Assembly: GCF_001194135.2 (NCBI RefSeq) | Contig: NW_026371731.1 | Span: forward strand, 3,213-36,024 | Direction of reading: 5' to 3' | DNA: 32,812 nucleotides | From: Octopus bimaculoides | Lineage: Eukaryota | Shown: positions 1 to 10,851 of the stretch, piece by piece | Layout of the letters: each line of letters starts with the position of its first letter | Numbering within the stretch: position 1 is the stretch's first letter | The notes under the pieces: generated by a model | Told to the model about the DNA's origin: nothing | What the model saw: the letters and a program-made list of their open reading frames with translations, nothing else | Databases searched by the model: none | Position numbers and translations under genes: made by a program

Positions 1-282
1 ATATATACACACACATACATACATACAGATACATATATACTACATATATATGTACACACATACATTTAAGCACACACACACATATATATATACATATACA
101 TACATACACACAAATATACATACTTATATACACATACATATCTACATATACACACACATATATATACATAGGCATACATATGCATATGCATACATATATA
201 CACATACACACATAATATATACATATATATATATGTGTGTGAGTATTTATACATATGTATATATACATGTGTGTGTGTGAGA

Positions 283-346
<64 letters not shown>
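1..346. repeat. Compound (TACA/CA/TA)n microsatellite with a pure (TA)n run at about 283-346
   Basis: Directly visible; it explains the H/T/Y/I and M/Y/V/C ORFs at 50-280. Confidence 0.95.
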
Positions 347-352
<6 letters not shown>

Positions 353-504
353 TATGTTTAAGATGAGAAAGTGATGATACTAGTTAACCAGCCCCCATAT
401 AAACCAGCCCCACCACCCCATATGCACCACCCCAACCCCTGCCCACTCCTCTCACTTGAATGAATGATGTCTTCAGCCCAATCCAAAGCCTTTTATATCT
501 AGCG

Positions 505-737
505 TCATAGTCTACATAGACAGAAAAGGAGTGGTATAAAGGCCCCTATGGCCACAAATACAGGCAACAACATGGTGCTAGTATCGTCGGCAGCATAAGG
601 GTCTTGGACCTTTGGCCCTGAAGGACGGCGGGATTTTGAGGGGGACCTGGCTTCTGAGCTTTCGTCTTCTTCCTCCTCTTCCTCCTCCTCACCATGAGGA
701 GTATCAGCACCAGGGAGTGGTGGAAGCTTTGGAACAT
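505..737 (-). CDS. MLEC: Malectin, last coding exon (phase 1 start, stop codon)
   Basis: Acceptor ttttttcttctgcag at 738, then (G)AT GTT CCA...: DVPKLPPLPGADTPHGEEEEEEEEDESSEARSPSKSRRPSGPKVQDPYAADDTSTMLLPVFVAIGAFIPLLFCLCRL*, TGA at 507-505. Matches the recalled malectin C-terminus (DVPKL, poly-E, SGP..PY, TM, FCLCRL). The frame is not in the supplied ORF list. Confidence 0.95.
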
Positions 738-855
738 CTGCAGAAGAAAAAAATATGCAAATGTATACATATATATTTTATACATATACAGATGTTTGTG
801 CAGTGCATGTGTGTGTGCATTTATATTTGTACGTTTTATACATATAGGTATGAAC

Positions 856-1243
856 TTGTTTGTTGTTGGTACTCCGTCGCTTACGACGTCAAGGGTTCCA
901 GTTGATCCGATCAACGGAACAGCCTGCTCGTGAAATTAACATGCAAGTGACTGAGCATTTCACAGACACGTGTACCCTCAACGTAGTTCTCGGGGATATT
1001 CAGCATGACACAGTGTGACAAGGCTGACCCTTTGAATTACAGGCACAACAGAAACAGGAAGTAAGAGTGAGAGAAAGTTGTGGTGGAAGAGTACAGCAGG
1101 GTTCGCCACCATCCCCTGCCGGAGCCTCATGGAGCTTTAGGTGTTTTTGCTCAATAAACACTCACAACGCCCGGTCTGGGAATCAAAACCTCGATCCTAT
1201 GACCACGAGTCCGCTGCCCTAACAACCGGGCCATTGCGCCTCC
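856..1243 (-). mobile_element. tRNA-derived SINE, family C, full length
   Basis: Head GGAGGCGCAATGGCCC..TTAGGGCAGCGG with B-box-like GGTTTTGATTCCC; (CAA)-type tail. A near-identical copy lies on + at 23276-23643. Confidence 0.8.
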
Positions 1244-1267
1244 ACTGGTGTGAACTTGTATACACAT

Positions 1268-1410
1268 CATAATCCTTTCTACTATAGGCACAAGGTTTGA
1301 AACTTGGAGGAAATGAGGGGCTTGTTGATTATATTGACCCCAGTGTTCCACTGGTACTTATTTCATCAACCCCGAAAGGATGAAAAGCAAAGTCAACCTC
1401 GGTGGAATTT
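1268..1410 (-). mobile_element. SINE family B fragment (Meta-domain-like core)
   Basis: Minus strand carries GTTGACTTTGCTTTTCATCCTTTCGGGGTTGATGAAATAAGTACC, which recurs at least six times in the window. Resemblance to the MetaSINE domain is from memory. Confidence 0.65.
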
Positions 1411-1989
1411 AATGTCTACATATCATAATGCTAATAGATGTGAAAAGCTGTAGGTATTTACAGGTATACATGTGTATATAGACTAGGCATATATATCTAT
1501 ATGCATCTGTATGGACACTAAGAAGAATATATGCACAGTTGTGTATGCATTTGTTTGTACACAGGTATGTCAGTATTGTGCATTGCCCCACCCCCATACA
1601 CACACACACATATGCAGCACAATTTTACTTCCAGTCAACGTTGCAGTTTTGAGTAAAAATCTTGACACCATATAACAAATAAATGTTTAAGTAAAGTTGA
1701 TGGTTTGTGTGTTTTTGAATGATTACATTACATTTCCACACTGAAATCACAGACACATACACACCCACATATATATAGATACACATATACACATAGATAT
1801 GCATATGCACACCAAAACATGCACACACACACATATACATGAACATATTATACACACATTTTGCTGCGTGCATTTGGGCCATGCCTCTTGTTCCACTTTT
1901 TTCTTTTGTTTTTTTGTTTTACTTGTTGAGCCTGGAAAAGGCCCAGTGCAATTGGCTTTCATCAGTTCACTGTGATTAGTGAAATTAAT

Positions 1990-2545
1990 GTTATCAATGT
2001 TCCACTAAAACTGCTACAAGTTCACACCTCCGGAGGGGACATGAGCAGAGAGTGTGTATGTATGTGGCAGGGTGGTCAAGAGGGCCAATAATCTTGGAAG
2101 GACAGACTGAACATTGTGGTTAGTGAGGTGTCTAGGGTTAAGCATAATATGGATGATGAGAAGTGTGTCAGAAGTGTCTAGCCAGCTCAAAGAAGCAGGG
2201 TTCATTATAAGAGAGGTAGAAAAAGTGGAGGGAGAAGACAGTATGCCTATGTTTCAAAGACTGGAGCATGTCTGTTATCGACACATGCCAGTCAGTTAAA
2301 GTAGCCTTTCTCTGGAATCAACCTAAGATGCAACACTGTTCCTGAGGTAGGAGCAATGTTGTGCTAAGGGCCTCACTTGAGCTTTGTAGAGCATCAGTAA
2401 TTGTAGTGGGAGAAAGATTTTTTTCTGGTTCTGAAGGAAAATGGCCTGTTTTTGAGATGTGGCCCTACTTGTTACAGATGTGCTTTCATCAGAAGAGATC
2501 CTTGACAATAGCAATGCCTAACATTTGGAGAGATCATGAGGGCTC
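1990..2545 (-). mobile_element. Decayed CR1/Jockey-like LINE, RT C-terminal region and 3' end
   Basis: Minus-strand translation FLPLQLLMLYKAQVRPLAQHCSY resembles the FTPxQLLxLYKAQxRPxxEYCS thumb motif; stops and frameshifts present. Confidence 0.7.
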
Positions 2546-2569
2546 TAGTTGCATACTTCTCTTGTTTAA

Positions 2570-2789
2570 CCCTTTAGTGTTTAAACCAATGATATGTGGC
2601 AAAAATATTCCACCTATTTTATGTTCTAACTGGCCAGATCTGGCCTCTCACATCAACCTGACAATGTGATTCTAAAAATATACAATCACGTCACTGAAAT
2701 CTCAAAGCTACAGGATAACACATGGTTAATTCAAAACAATGTGAACAAATAAGTATCACATTTGACAGAGTAAACTGAACGCTAAAGGG
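2570..2789. mobile_element. piggyBac-type MITE (220 bp)
   Basis: TTAA|CCCTTTAGTGTT ... AACGCTAAAGGG|TCAA. Terminal CCC/GGG with a TTAA target is characteristic of piggyBac. Same family at 23869, 25101, 28720, 28920, 29485. Confidence 0.65.
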
Positions 2790-2964
2790 TCAAGAGCGGT
2801 GAGGAGAGATATGATGAAAACAACTCAATATCTTGGGCAGCTTTCTATTGCAGCAAACCAGGAGTCATGTGTCTTCCTTGTTTTCTTCTGCCCGTCTCAT
2901 AGACCATGCAAAGTAAACATTGCTGCTCTTCTTCTGACTAAGCTAACAAAATATAACAATTATA

Positions 2965-3513
2965 GGTTTCAAATTTTGAATAAAAGCCAAGTTTCAGGGG
3001 AAGGGGTAAGTTGATTGATTATATTGACCCCAGTGCTCAACTGATATTTATTTTATCCAGTCCAGCACTCACTAACATTCAACTTATAACTTTACTTATA
3101 CGAAGTGCGTGTGTGCATGCATGCATTGTCAGTGAGGGTGAGAGAAAAATGTGCTACATGCTTGTAATACATGAAAGACTGTTTTCTCTTGTAAATACGT
3201 GAGATGGACATCCTGGTTACTATTGACATATAATCTTTAAACCCACTCTCCCCAACTCTTTATCTCTCTCTTTCCCTCTCCCTTTCACACACTCACAGAA
3301 TTCATATAGGCCACATCTCCATGTCATTTTGATATTTCTAACGCATGCTTCTTCCCCCCCCCCCTAAACACAGATGTTTCTTCTGCTTATATAGTTTATT
3401 TTTGTTTTGTTTCATTTTGTTTATCATTTTTTTTTTGTGGGTGAGGAGGCTAAGACCTGAACATATACCTTCTCCACCACCCCTTCACCACTGCTTGACT
3501 CTCATATACATAT

Positions 3514-3563
<50 letters not shown>

Positions 3564-4180
3564 ATAGATGATATAATAGATATAATACATTATGTGTGTA
3601 TATAAGACCCATCAAGCCAAGTAAAATTGCAGCCATGGCAGATACTGGTGTCATGCAAATGGCACCTGTGCCGGTGGCACATAAAAGAACCTTTTGAGCG
3701 GAGGCAAGGGCTGAGACCATTTGACATTATGCCATGCTTCGAGCATTGGGCCTCACAGAGGCAATGACCAAGTCCACTTGGCATTATGTTATGCTTGAGA
3801 AGAAGACCCATCAAGCCAAGTAAAACTGCAGTTGTGGCAAATATTGGTGTCACACAAATGGCACCTGTGCCGGTGGCATGTAAAAACACCCATTACACTC
3901 TCGGAGTGGTTGGTGTAAGGAAGGGCATCCAACTGTAAAAACCATGCCAAAACAGACTGAAGTTTGGTGCAGCCTCCCAGCTTACCAGCCCTGGCCAAAC
4001 TGTCCAACTCATGCCAACATGGATAATGATGATGATGATGATGATGATGACGATTCCGACTCCAAAAGTATGAAATGCGAGGCCAACACTGGTGGAATTT
4101 GAACAGAAAGACAATATGCTGCTAAGCATTTTGCCCGGTGTGCTAGCAATTCTGCCAGCTCACAGCCTTGGACTTCCATC
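2965..4180 (-). mobile_element. SINE family B split by a ~1 kb insertion (halves 2965-3057 and ~4056-4180)
   Basis: Left half ends ...TTTATTTTATC. Right half resumes CCGACTCCAAAAGTATGAAA...GGTGGAATTTGAAC...CTGCCAGCTC, the continuation seen in uninterrupted copies (9425-9598, 24105-24297). Confidence 0.7.
3058..4050 (+). mobile_element. Chimeric retro-insert: ~540 bp non-SINE sequence + 5'-truncated family E element + (GAT)n tail
   Basis: Collinear inverted homolog at 26209-27156 with the same junction; ends CCAACTCATGCCAACATGGATAAT(GAT)n; interrupts a SINE. Confidence 0.7.
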
Positions 4181-4189
4181 GGTCACAAA

Positions 4190-4506
4190 TGACCATGAGA
4201 TTGCACCTAGAAAAGTTCCCCACCGAGGCACAAGTTCGGGCAAGGTTGTTTATGGAAGACCAGCCGTCACCCACACATACCAGCCTCCCCTCTCAACACC
4301 ATTGATGCTATCCAAAGGAAAGGCAAAGGCTGATACAGCTTGGCCACCAATGACATCGCATCTCATTTTTACAGCTGAGTGAACTGGAGCAACATGAAAT
4401 AACATGTCTTGCTCAAAAACACAACACACAACCTAGTTTGGGAATCAAAGTCACTATCTCATGATTGTGAGCCCAACGCTTTAACCACTGAACTATGCAC
4501 CTTCAC
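4190..4506 (-). mobile_element. tRNA-derived SINE, family D
   Basis: Minus-strand head GTGAAGGTGCATAGTTCAGTGGTTAAAGCG..., CORE-like TTGAGCAAGACA; a second fragment lies at 10515-10633. Confidence 0.6.
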
Positions 4507-4531
4507 AAAAGAAAGCAGACCAGCCACCAGA

Positions 4532-4604
4532 TGCCGAAACCTGGGATTGAACCAGAGACATTTAGATCTTCAGTCTAATGCTCTCCTAACTGAGCTATTT
4601 TGGC
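4532..4604 (-). tRNA. tRNA-Phe(GAA)-like gene, probably a pseudogene
   Basis: GCCAAAATAGCTCAGTTAGGAGAGCATTAGACTGAAGATCTAAATGTCTCTGGTTCAATCCCAGGTTTCGGCA, 73 nt: 7 differences from the recalled metazoan tRNA-Phe, including A4:C69 mismatch and G18A. No CCA; TTTCTTTT ~16 nt downstream. Confidence 0.85.
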
Positions 4605-4794
4605 TCACCACCTTAATAATAACAATAGTAATTAAATTAAAAAAATGTAACCTTGTTCATCAGAGCATGGCAAAGACATTCAGACTTCTGCTGGCAACAA
4701 AGGTTTGAGGCCTGCTAACCTAATCTCATACTTGACATTGTTTTTAAAACACTGTAACTAATACTCCATAAAAATAAGCTGTCAGGGGTAGAGT

Positions 4795-5251
4795 ATCATC
4801 ATCATCATCATCATCGTTTAACGTCCGCTTTCCATGCTAGCATGGGTTGGACGATTTGACTGGTGAAACCGGATGGCAACACCAGGCTCCAGTCTGATTT
4901 GGCAGAGTTTCTACAGCTGGATGCCCTTCCTAACGCCAACCACTCAGAGAGTGTAGTGGGTGCTTTTACGTGTCACCCGCACGAAAACGGCCACGCTCGA
5001 AATGGTGTCTTTTATGTGCCACCCGCACAAGCCAGTCCAGGGGCACTGGCAACGATCTCGCTCGAAAATCCTACAGGAGCCAGTCAGGCGGTACTGGCAA
5101 CGGCCACGCTCAAAATGGTGCATCTCATGTGCCACCCGCACAAGAACCAGTCCAGGGGCACTGGCAACGATCTTACTTGGCTTGCCGGGTCTTCTCACGC
5201 ACAGCACATTTCCAAAGGTCTCGGTCAGTAGTCATCGCCTCGGTGAGGCCC
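4795..5251 (-). mobile_element. Non-autonomous retroelement family E with RTE-like 3' tail and internal minisatellite
   Basis: Minus strand ends CCAACCCATGCTAGCATGGAAAGCGGACGTTAAAC(GAT)n; internal repeats of GTGCCACCCGCACAAG..CCAGTCCAGGGGCACTGGCAACG; highly similar copy at 15601-15973. Confidence 0.75.
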
Positions 5252-5574
5252 ATTAAATATATCTTTTGGACAAACAAAATAAAACAAAGCAAATAAAAAC
5301 TCGAACTTCTCAATATACACTTACGAAAAAACAACAACCCCTATTAATATTAGTTTCTCAATAACAATTGCTCTAACAATTCTAAAAAATACTTCATGCT
5401 CAAATAAAGAATATATGTCAGTGAAATATGATATATGTAAGAGGTTCTGTGTTGTGTGTGTATGCATGTGTGTGTATGCATGTGTGTGTGTGTGTACTAG
5501 TATTTGGTTTAAATAATATGACTTTAGCACAAGAGGTCAGACTTCCAGTAACAAAAGATGTTATTAAAACTTAC

Positions 5575-5632
5575 CATCTAGAGTACCCTTCATAACGTAA
5601 ATGGCATTAATTTTTGGATTGTCTGAGTCACC
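5575..5632 (-). CDS. MLEC: Malectin, penultimate coding exon (58 nt, phase 0 to 1)
   Basis: tttatttatctttcattatag|GGT GAC TCA GAC AAT CCA AAA ATT AAT GCC ATT TAC GTT ATG AAG GGT ACT CTA GAT G|gtaagt = GDSDNPKINAIYVMKGTLD; matches malectin G..DNPK..A.Y.M.GT.D; phases fit both neighbouring exons. Confidence 0.93.
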
Positions 5633-5784
5633 CTATAATGAAAGATAAATAAAATTGATAACAAACACATAAGATGAAAACAATCATACATACAAGTTCA
5701 CACACATAATATCCTATTTACTGTAAGCTGAAAATTTTACTAACTGTAACAGCAGTGAATGCTGGACAAGCAATATCTATCTAT

Positions 5785-5820
<36 letters not shown>

Positions 5821-6671
5821 TTATCTTCTTCCATAAAAAAAATCTATGAAAGTGTTTCATGACAATGCTGAATCCTGTCTGGATGCTGGTGGAATAATCA
5901 TATTATTGAATATCATAACTAACATCAGGATGCATAATATTTTTAAACTTTGCTATTAAAGTGCATATGAACATGAAAATAACATTTTTTATCTGATAAA
6001 GTTAAAGAAAAAATTTTTTATATGCATATGCATTTTAACTACAAAATTAAAAGCTCACATGCAAAATGCAAGAAAATGACACCTTCCCCAACACCTAACC
6101 AGGATCTAAGCATCCGGGTCAAACATTTTCACACACATGCAGGCAGGCATAAGTGCATATGTGTGTTTATTAGGGAAACAACTATATATGCAGATTATAC
6201 TTGTTTCAGCATTCACAGCCATCCAAAGATTGAAAATGTGAAACTCAGAGCAAAGATTTAATAAAAGTTTTCAGCTTACAATAAATGAGATAAAACTCAA
6301 AAATATCATTGAATACATTTTTATTCCTTGGTATCACAATATTCTGTACTTTATCATCAAGAACATATAGATATATGCATATGTATATATATTAGCTGTA
6401 ACATAAATAGTTAAAATTTTTCAATATAAATTACAAGTCATTTATAAGTACTACCTATCACAGAAAAATCTTCTGGTAGATGAGTTGCTATGAAGTTGTG
6501 TATAATCTTCATGTGATGTGAAGGGGAGGTAATTCTGCTCGTTTATCCACTAAGAGGAAATTGGCAGAACCTATTTAATGTAACCTGTCGTGCAATCTGC
6601 CAGCAAATAATAGATATGCAGTTCAGCTTCTAGAATTGAACCTGTTCCCATTATTATATCTTAGGCCATAC

Positions 6672-6742
<71 letters not shown>

Positions 6743-6761
6743 TATTTTTATATATACTCTA

Positions 6762-7230
6762 CTTACTTTTACTCTTTTACTTGTTTCAGTCATTTGACTG
6801 CGGCCATGCTGGAGCACCGCCTTTATAGTCGAGCAAATCGACCCCCAGGACTTATTCTTTGTAAGCCTAGTACNNNNNNNNNNNNNNNNNNNNNNNNNNN
6901 NNNNNNNNNNNNNNNNNNNNNNNNNNNNNNNNNNNNNNNNNNNNNNNNNNNNNNNNNNNNNNNNNNNNNNNNNNNNNNNNNNNNNNNNNNNNNNNNNNNN
7001 NNNNNNNNNNNNNNNGACAAACAGACACACAAACATACACACACACACACACATATATATATATACGATGGGCTTCTTCCAGTTTCCTTCTACCAAAGTC
7101 ACTCACAAGGCTTTGGTCGACCCAAGGCTATAGTAGAAGACACTTGCCCAAGATGCCACGCAGTGGGACTGAACTCAGTTCCACGTGGTTGGTAAGCAAG
7201 CTACTTACCACACAGCCACTCCTGCACCTA
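6762..7230 (-). mobile_element. tRNA-derived SINE family A (CORE-like), spans an N gap
   Basis: Head GGAGTGGCTGTGTGGTAAG...GTTCAGTCCC, CTTGGGCAAGTGTCTTCTACTATAGCC core, internal (TA/TG)n, (GTAAAAGA)n tail. Confidence 0.8.
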
Positions 7231-7281
7231 CTTACTAGACATCCACTCCTGCGCCTACTTACCACACAACCACTCCTGTGA
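7201..7281. repeat. 3 x 27-bp tandem repeat of the SINE A 5' end
   Basis: Units 7201-7227, 7228-7254, 7255-7281; consensus CTACTTACCACACAGCCACTCCTGCRC. Confidence 0.85.
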
Positions 7282-7509
7282 CACACACACACACACACAT
7301 ACATATACACACGTGTACATACATACATACATACAGATATAAATGCAATATGATATATATATACCTTGTATGTTCTTATGATTGTTTTACATACATCTAT
7401 ATATGTCTAAATGTCTCTCTAAACATTGCCCTACACTCATCTATATACATCCAAATATGTGCACCTATGGATTGTCCTACACAGACCTATATATATTCTT
7501 TCTTTTATC

Positions 7510-7920
7510 TTTTTATTTGTTTCAGTCATTCAACTGCAACTAACCTGGAACACCACCTTAAGGGATCTTTTAGTTAAAGAAATTGACTCCAGGACTTATT
7601 CTTTGTAAGCCTGGTACTTATTTTAGTGGTCTCTTTTGCTGAACCGATAAGTTATGGGGACGCAAACACACCAACATCAGTTGTTAAGCGATGGTGGGGA
7701 GGGGGACAAACACAGGCACAAAGACACACACACATAAATATATACACATACATATATACAATGGGCTTCTTTAAGTTTCCCTCTACAAAATCCACTCACA
7801 AGACTTTAGTCAGCCTGAGGCTATAGTAGAGGACAATTGTTCAAGGTGCCACACAGTGGGTCTGAACCTGGAACCATATAGTTGGAAGCAAACTTCTTAC
7901 GACACAGCCTCACCTGCATA
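7510..7920 (-). mobile_element. SINE family A, full length, diverged
   Basis: Same head, core and tail as 11801-12312, in reverse. Confidence 0.75.
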
Positions 7921-8799
7921 CATATATATATATATATATATANNNNNNNNNNNNNNNNNNNNNNNNNNNNNNNNNNNNNNNNNNNNNNNNNNNNNNNNNN
8001 NNNNNNNNNNNNNNNNNNNNNNNNNNNNNNNNNNNNNNNNNNNNNNNNNNNNNNNNNNNNNNNNNNNNNNNNNNNNNNNNNNNNNNNNNNNNNNNNNNNN
8101 NNNNNNNNNNNNNNNNNNNNNNNNNNNNNNNNNNNNNNNNNNNNNNNNNNNNNNNNNNNNNNNNNNNNNNNNNNNNNNNNNNNNNNNNNNNNNNNNNNNN
8201 NNNNNNNNNNNNNNNNNNNNNNNNNNNNNNNNNNNNNNNNNNNNNNNNNNNNNNNNNNNNNNNNNNNNNNNNNNNNNNNNNNNNNNNNNNNNNNNNNNNN
8301 NNNNNNNNNNNNNNNNNNNNNNNNNNNNNNNNNNNNNNNNNNNNNNNNNNNNNNNNNNNNNNNNNNNNNNNNNNNNNNNNNNNNNNNNNNNNNNNNNNNN
8401 NNNNNNNNNNNNNNNNNNNNNNNNNNNNNNNNNNNNNNNNNNNNNNNNNNNNNNNNNNNNNNNNNNNNNNNNNNNNNNNNNNNNNNNNNNNNNNNNNNNN
8501 NNNNNNNNNNNNNNNNNNNNNNNNNNNNNNNNNNNNNNNNNNNNNNNNNNNNNNNNNNNNNNNNNNNNNNNNNNNNNNNNNNNNNNNNNNNTATATATAA
8601 GGACACAGGAAATGTATCAAGGCTGACAAAAAGTGGTGCTGCTTCCTAGGGTTAAATAGCAGTAGTATTATTCCCTTCATGGGACTGTCACATTAAGTTG
8701 ATAGCATACAACTACTTTATCATATTACTACTGCATAAATCTCTCTGAGAGATTTCGAAATATATTATTTCTATTTATATATATATTTGTATGTATGTA

Positions 8800-9025
8800 T
8801 GCATGCATGTTTATATTTGTCTCCTATCACTGCATGACAACCAGTGTTGGTGTTTATGTCCCTATGACTTAGTGGCTTGACAAAAAGAGACTGATAGAAT
8901 AAGTACCAGGTTTAAAGAAAAAAATAAATAGTAAGGGGTTGATTCATTTGACTAAAATACTTCAAGGTAGTGCTCCAGCATGGCTACAGTCTAATGGCAG
9001 AAACAAATAAAAAATAAAAAGATTA
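8800..9025 (+). mobile_element. SINE family A, 3' half
   Basis: GATAGAATAAGTACCAGG...GTGCTCCAGCATGGCTACAGTCTAATGGCAGAAACAAATAAAA. Confidence 0.65.
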
Positions 9026-9424
9026 GCTCAAGTAAAAACAACAAAACCTAATAAAATAAATTTTTTCCCCCAAAAAAATGAGAAAAAAAAAATCAAAAAG
9101 AAATTTTTTTTAAATTAGAAAAAAATCAGAAAGTTTCTTCTAAGTATGCACAAAACCAGTTAAAGCCAGTCTGAAGCTAGTGGATCCTTTATATTATCAA
9201 ATGGCTCACAGGTTTTTATTCATATTTATCAAACACAGATGAATGAAAAGCTATGTTGGCATCATTATCCTGTGTGATCTAAACTAAAAATAGTTAAAAT
9301 CATGTTTTACTATTTTTTGTTCTTTTCTTTAAATCCTCTTCTAAATAATGTGGAATGTTCAGGAAGTCAGCAAAGGTTAAGACACATCACCTTGTGAGAT
9401 TAATATTCTTTTCTTATTTTGCAT

Positions 9425-9598
9425 AAGGCCAACAATTTCGGGGGAGGCGGGGTGCTCAGTTGATTACATTGACCCCAGTGCTCAACTGACATTTTATTAA
9501 CCCTGAACAGTGGAATTTGAACTCTGAATGTAAAGACAGATGAAATGAGGCTAAGCATTTTGCCAGGTGTGCTAACAATTCTGCCAGCTTGCCACCAT
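9425..9598 (-). mobile_element. SINE family B
   Basis: ATTACATTGACCCCAGTGCTCAACTG...GGAATTTGAACTC...CTGCCAGCTTGCCACC. Confidence 0.7.
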
Positions 9599-10059
9599 AC
9601 TATGAGATTATATATGAAGTATAGGGGATCTCTGAATGGAGGTAGTACCTATGATGTCTGGCAACTGCATCTTCTCAGGGATGGTCAGGGGGTCAGGCAT
9701 CCCTGGTCTTCATTCAACTCCTAATCTCTCACTTGATGGCTCTTAATGCCACACCCTGGTATCCCACGTCAGCAGGTGAGCTAAACCAAGTATGGGAATG
9801 GTGTTAAAACTGCACCAGTAGGTGTAAAACCCTGGGTAAAGCTTCCCAAGGAATCACTGCCTAGGGTGGAGGAACCTACTCAGATCAACAGCCTAGTGCT
9901 TAGGGCCTAAGTGTTGGTATCTCAAGTAGGTTTTGGCTAACAGCTTAGAGAGGAATGGGCACTGTCAAGCTAACTTGCCCATGATGCATTCATGATAACA
10001 ACCAGACCAGAACCAATATCAGATTGGTCATCGCCTGAGTTAACACCAAAAAGTGGATA

Positions 10060-10330
10060 GACCTCAATGAATGACTTCATGCCATCCAGTTAGTTGTCAC
10101 ATTTTTAAATGCAGTCTAAAATGTCTTTGTGTATAGCAGCAGCACCTTCTCCAAATGTAGGAACAATATTTCACTGTGGGTCTCATTTGAGCTTTGTAGA
10201 GGGCTCATAATTGTTGGGTTAGGATGGGATACCTGAAGTATTATCTGGCTCTGAAGATGAAGGTCAGACTTTGAGATGCAGTTTTTGCCTGATCAAAAGC
10301 AAGTTATTTACTGGTTTTGAACATGTCAGC
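10060..10330 (-). mobile_element. Decayed CR1/Jockey-like LINE RT fragment
   Basis: Minus-strand translation ASQSLTFIFRAR*YF...L*ALYKAQMRPTVKYCSYIW; same region as 1990-2545. Confidence 0.65.
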
Positions 10331-10398
10331 TTAGCTTTAGTGAGGAGTACCCAGTAAGAAATTCTTTTAAGTTAGTTTCTGTCTTGAGCCTACAGGTT

Positions 10399-10481
10399 CA
10401 TTAGGTTAAAGGTTATTCCAGTTTTTGAAATGTTTAAACAAGTGAGACTATAACACTCTCACCTGGACTGGTCAACAGTCC
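10399..10481. repeat. 83-bp direct repeat, copy 1 (copy 2 at 11474-11556), with two hairpins
   Basis: CATTAGGTTAAAGGTTATTCCAGTTTTTGAAATGTTTAAACAAGTGAGACTATAACACTCTCACCTGGACTGGTCAACAGTCC; 4 substitutions versus copy 2. Confidence 0.9.
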
Positions 10482-10514
10482 CCCACAATGTTAACTCCAG
10501 CTGCTTCTAGCACA

Positions 10515-10633
10515 TACTTTTAGTTGAATGGACAGGAGCAACATGAAATGAAATATTTGCTCAAGGAAGAATATATCACCCACTTTTAGGGCTGTGAACC
10601 CAACACCCTAACCACAAAGTCATGTGCTTTCAC
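10515..10633 (-). mobile_element. SINE family D fragment
   Basis: GGAGCAACATGAAATGAAATATTTGCTCAAGG...CCCTAACCAC matches 4386-4506. Confidence 0.5.
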
Positions 10634-10671
10634 AGTAAGAAATTCAATGTTTATAAAATGAAACTACTTAC

Positions 10672-10851
10672 CTTAATAAACTCCACAGTAATTTTGCCAT
10701 CAATCTGTGATGTTTCCCCATTTACTCTCACTTTACCATTTTTCACTGAAAATGTTAGCATCTCATCATGTGCCACACCTCTTCCAACTTTGGCAAAAAT
10801 ATCAAGTTCATCTACAATGGTGTGTTCTCCATTTAAAACCACATCAAATAT
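10672..10851 (-). CDS. MLEC: Malectin internal coding exon (180 nt, phase 0-0)
   Basis: ctctttttgcag|IFDVVLNGEHTIVDELDIFAKVGRGVAHDEMLTFSVKNGKVRVNGETSQIDGKITVEFIK|gtaagt; matches malectin [29 protein letters not shown]...GKLYIEFVK. Confidence 0.95.

Noticed and set aside
546-933. Supplied ORFs 546-914 (-), 612-905 (+), 694-933 (+)
   Set aside because: They are alternative frames over the real malectin last exon; the true frame starts at the 737 acceptor.
4863-5296. Overlapping ORFs of 87-122 aa here and similar ones at 15674-16001
   Set aside because: They are translations of the GC-richer family E minisatellite; no domain similarity is recognisable.
5325-5381. Possible 57-nt cassette exon (ttttttag ... 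TTC|gtaagt) 250 bp after the 58-nt exon
   Set aside because: Weak donor context, short pyrimidine tract and an in-frame stop (ELLEQLLLRN*). It could only be a poison exon, and nothing supports that.
7201-7281. CRISPR-like array
   Set aside because: Tandem units without spacers, derived from a SINE head, in a eukaryotic context.
9726-9790. HDV-like ribozyme candidate (GGCTC...TCCCACGT...GAGCT) in what may be a LINE 5' UTR remnant
   Set aside because: A partial P1 with a G-U pair and an L3-like loop exist, but P3 does not pair and the P1.1 GG is absent.
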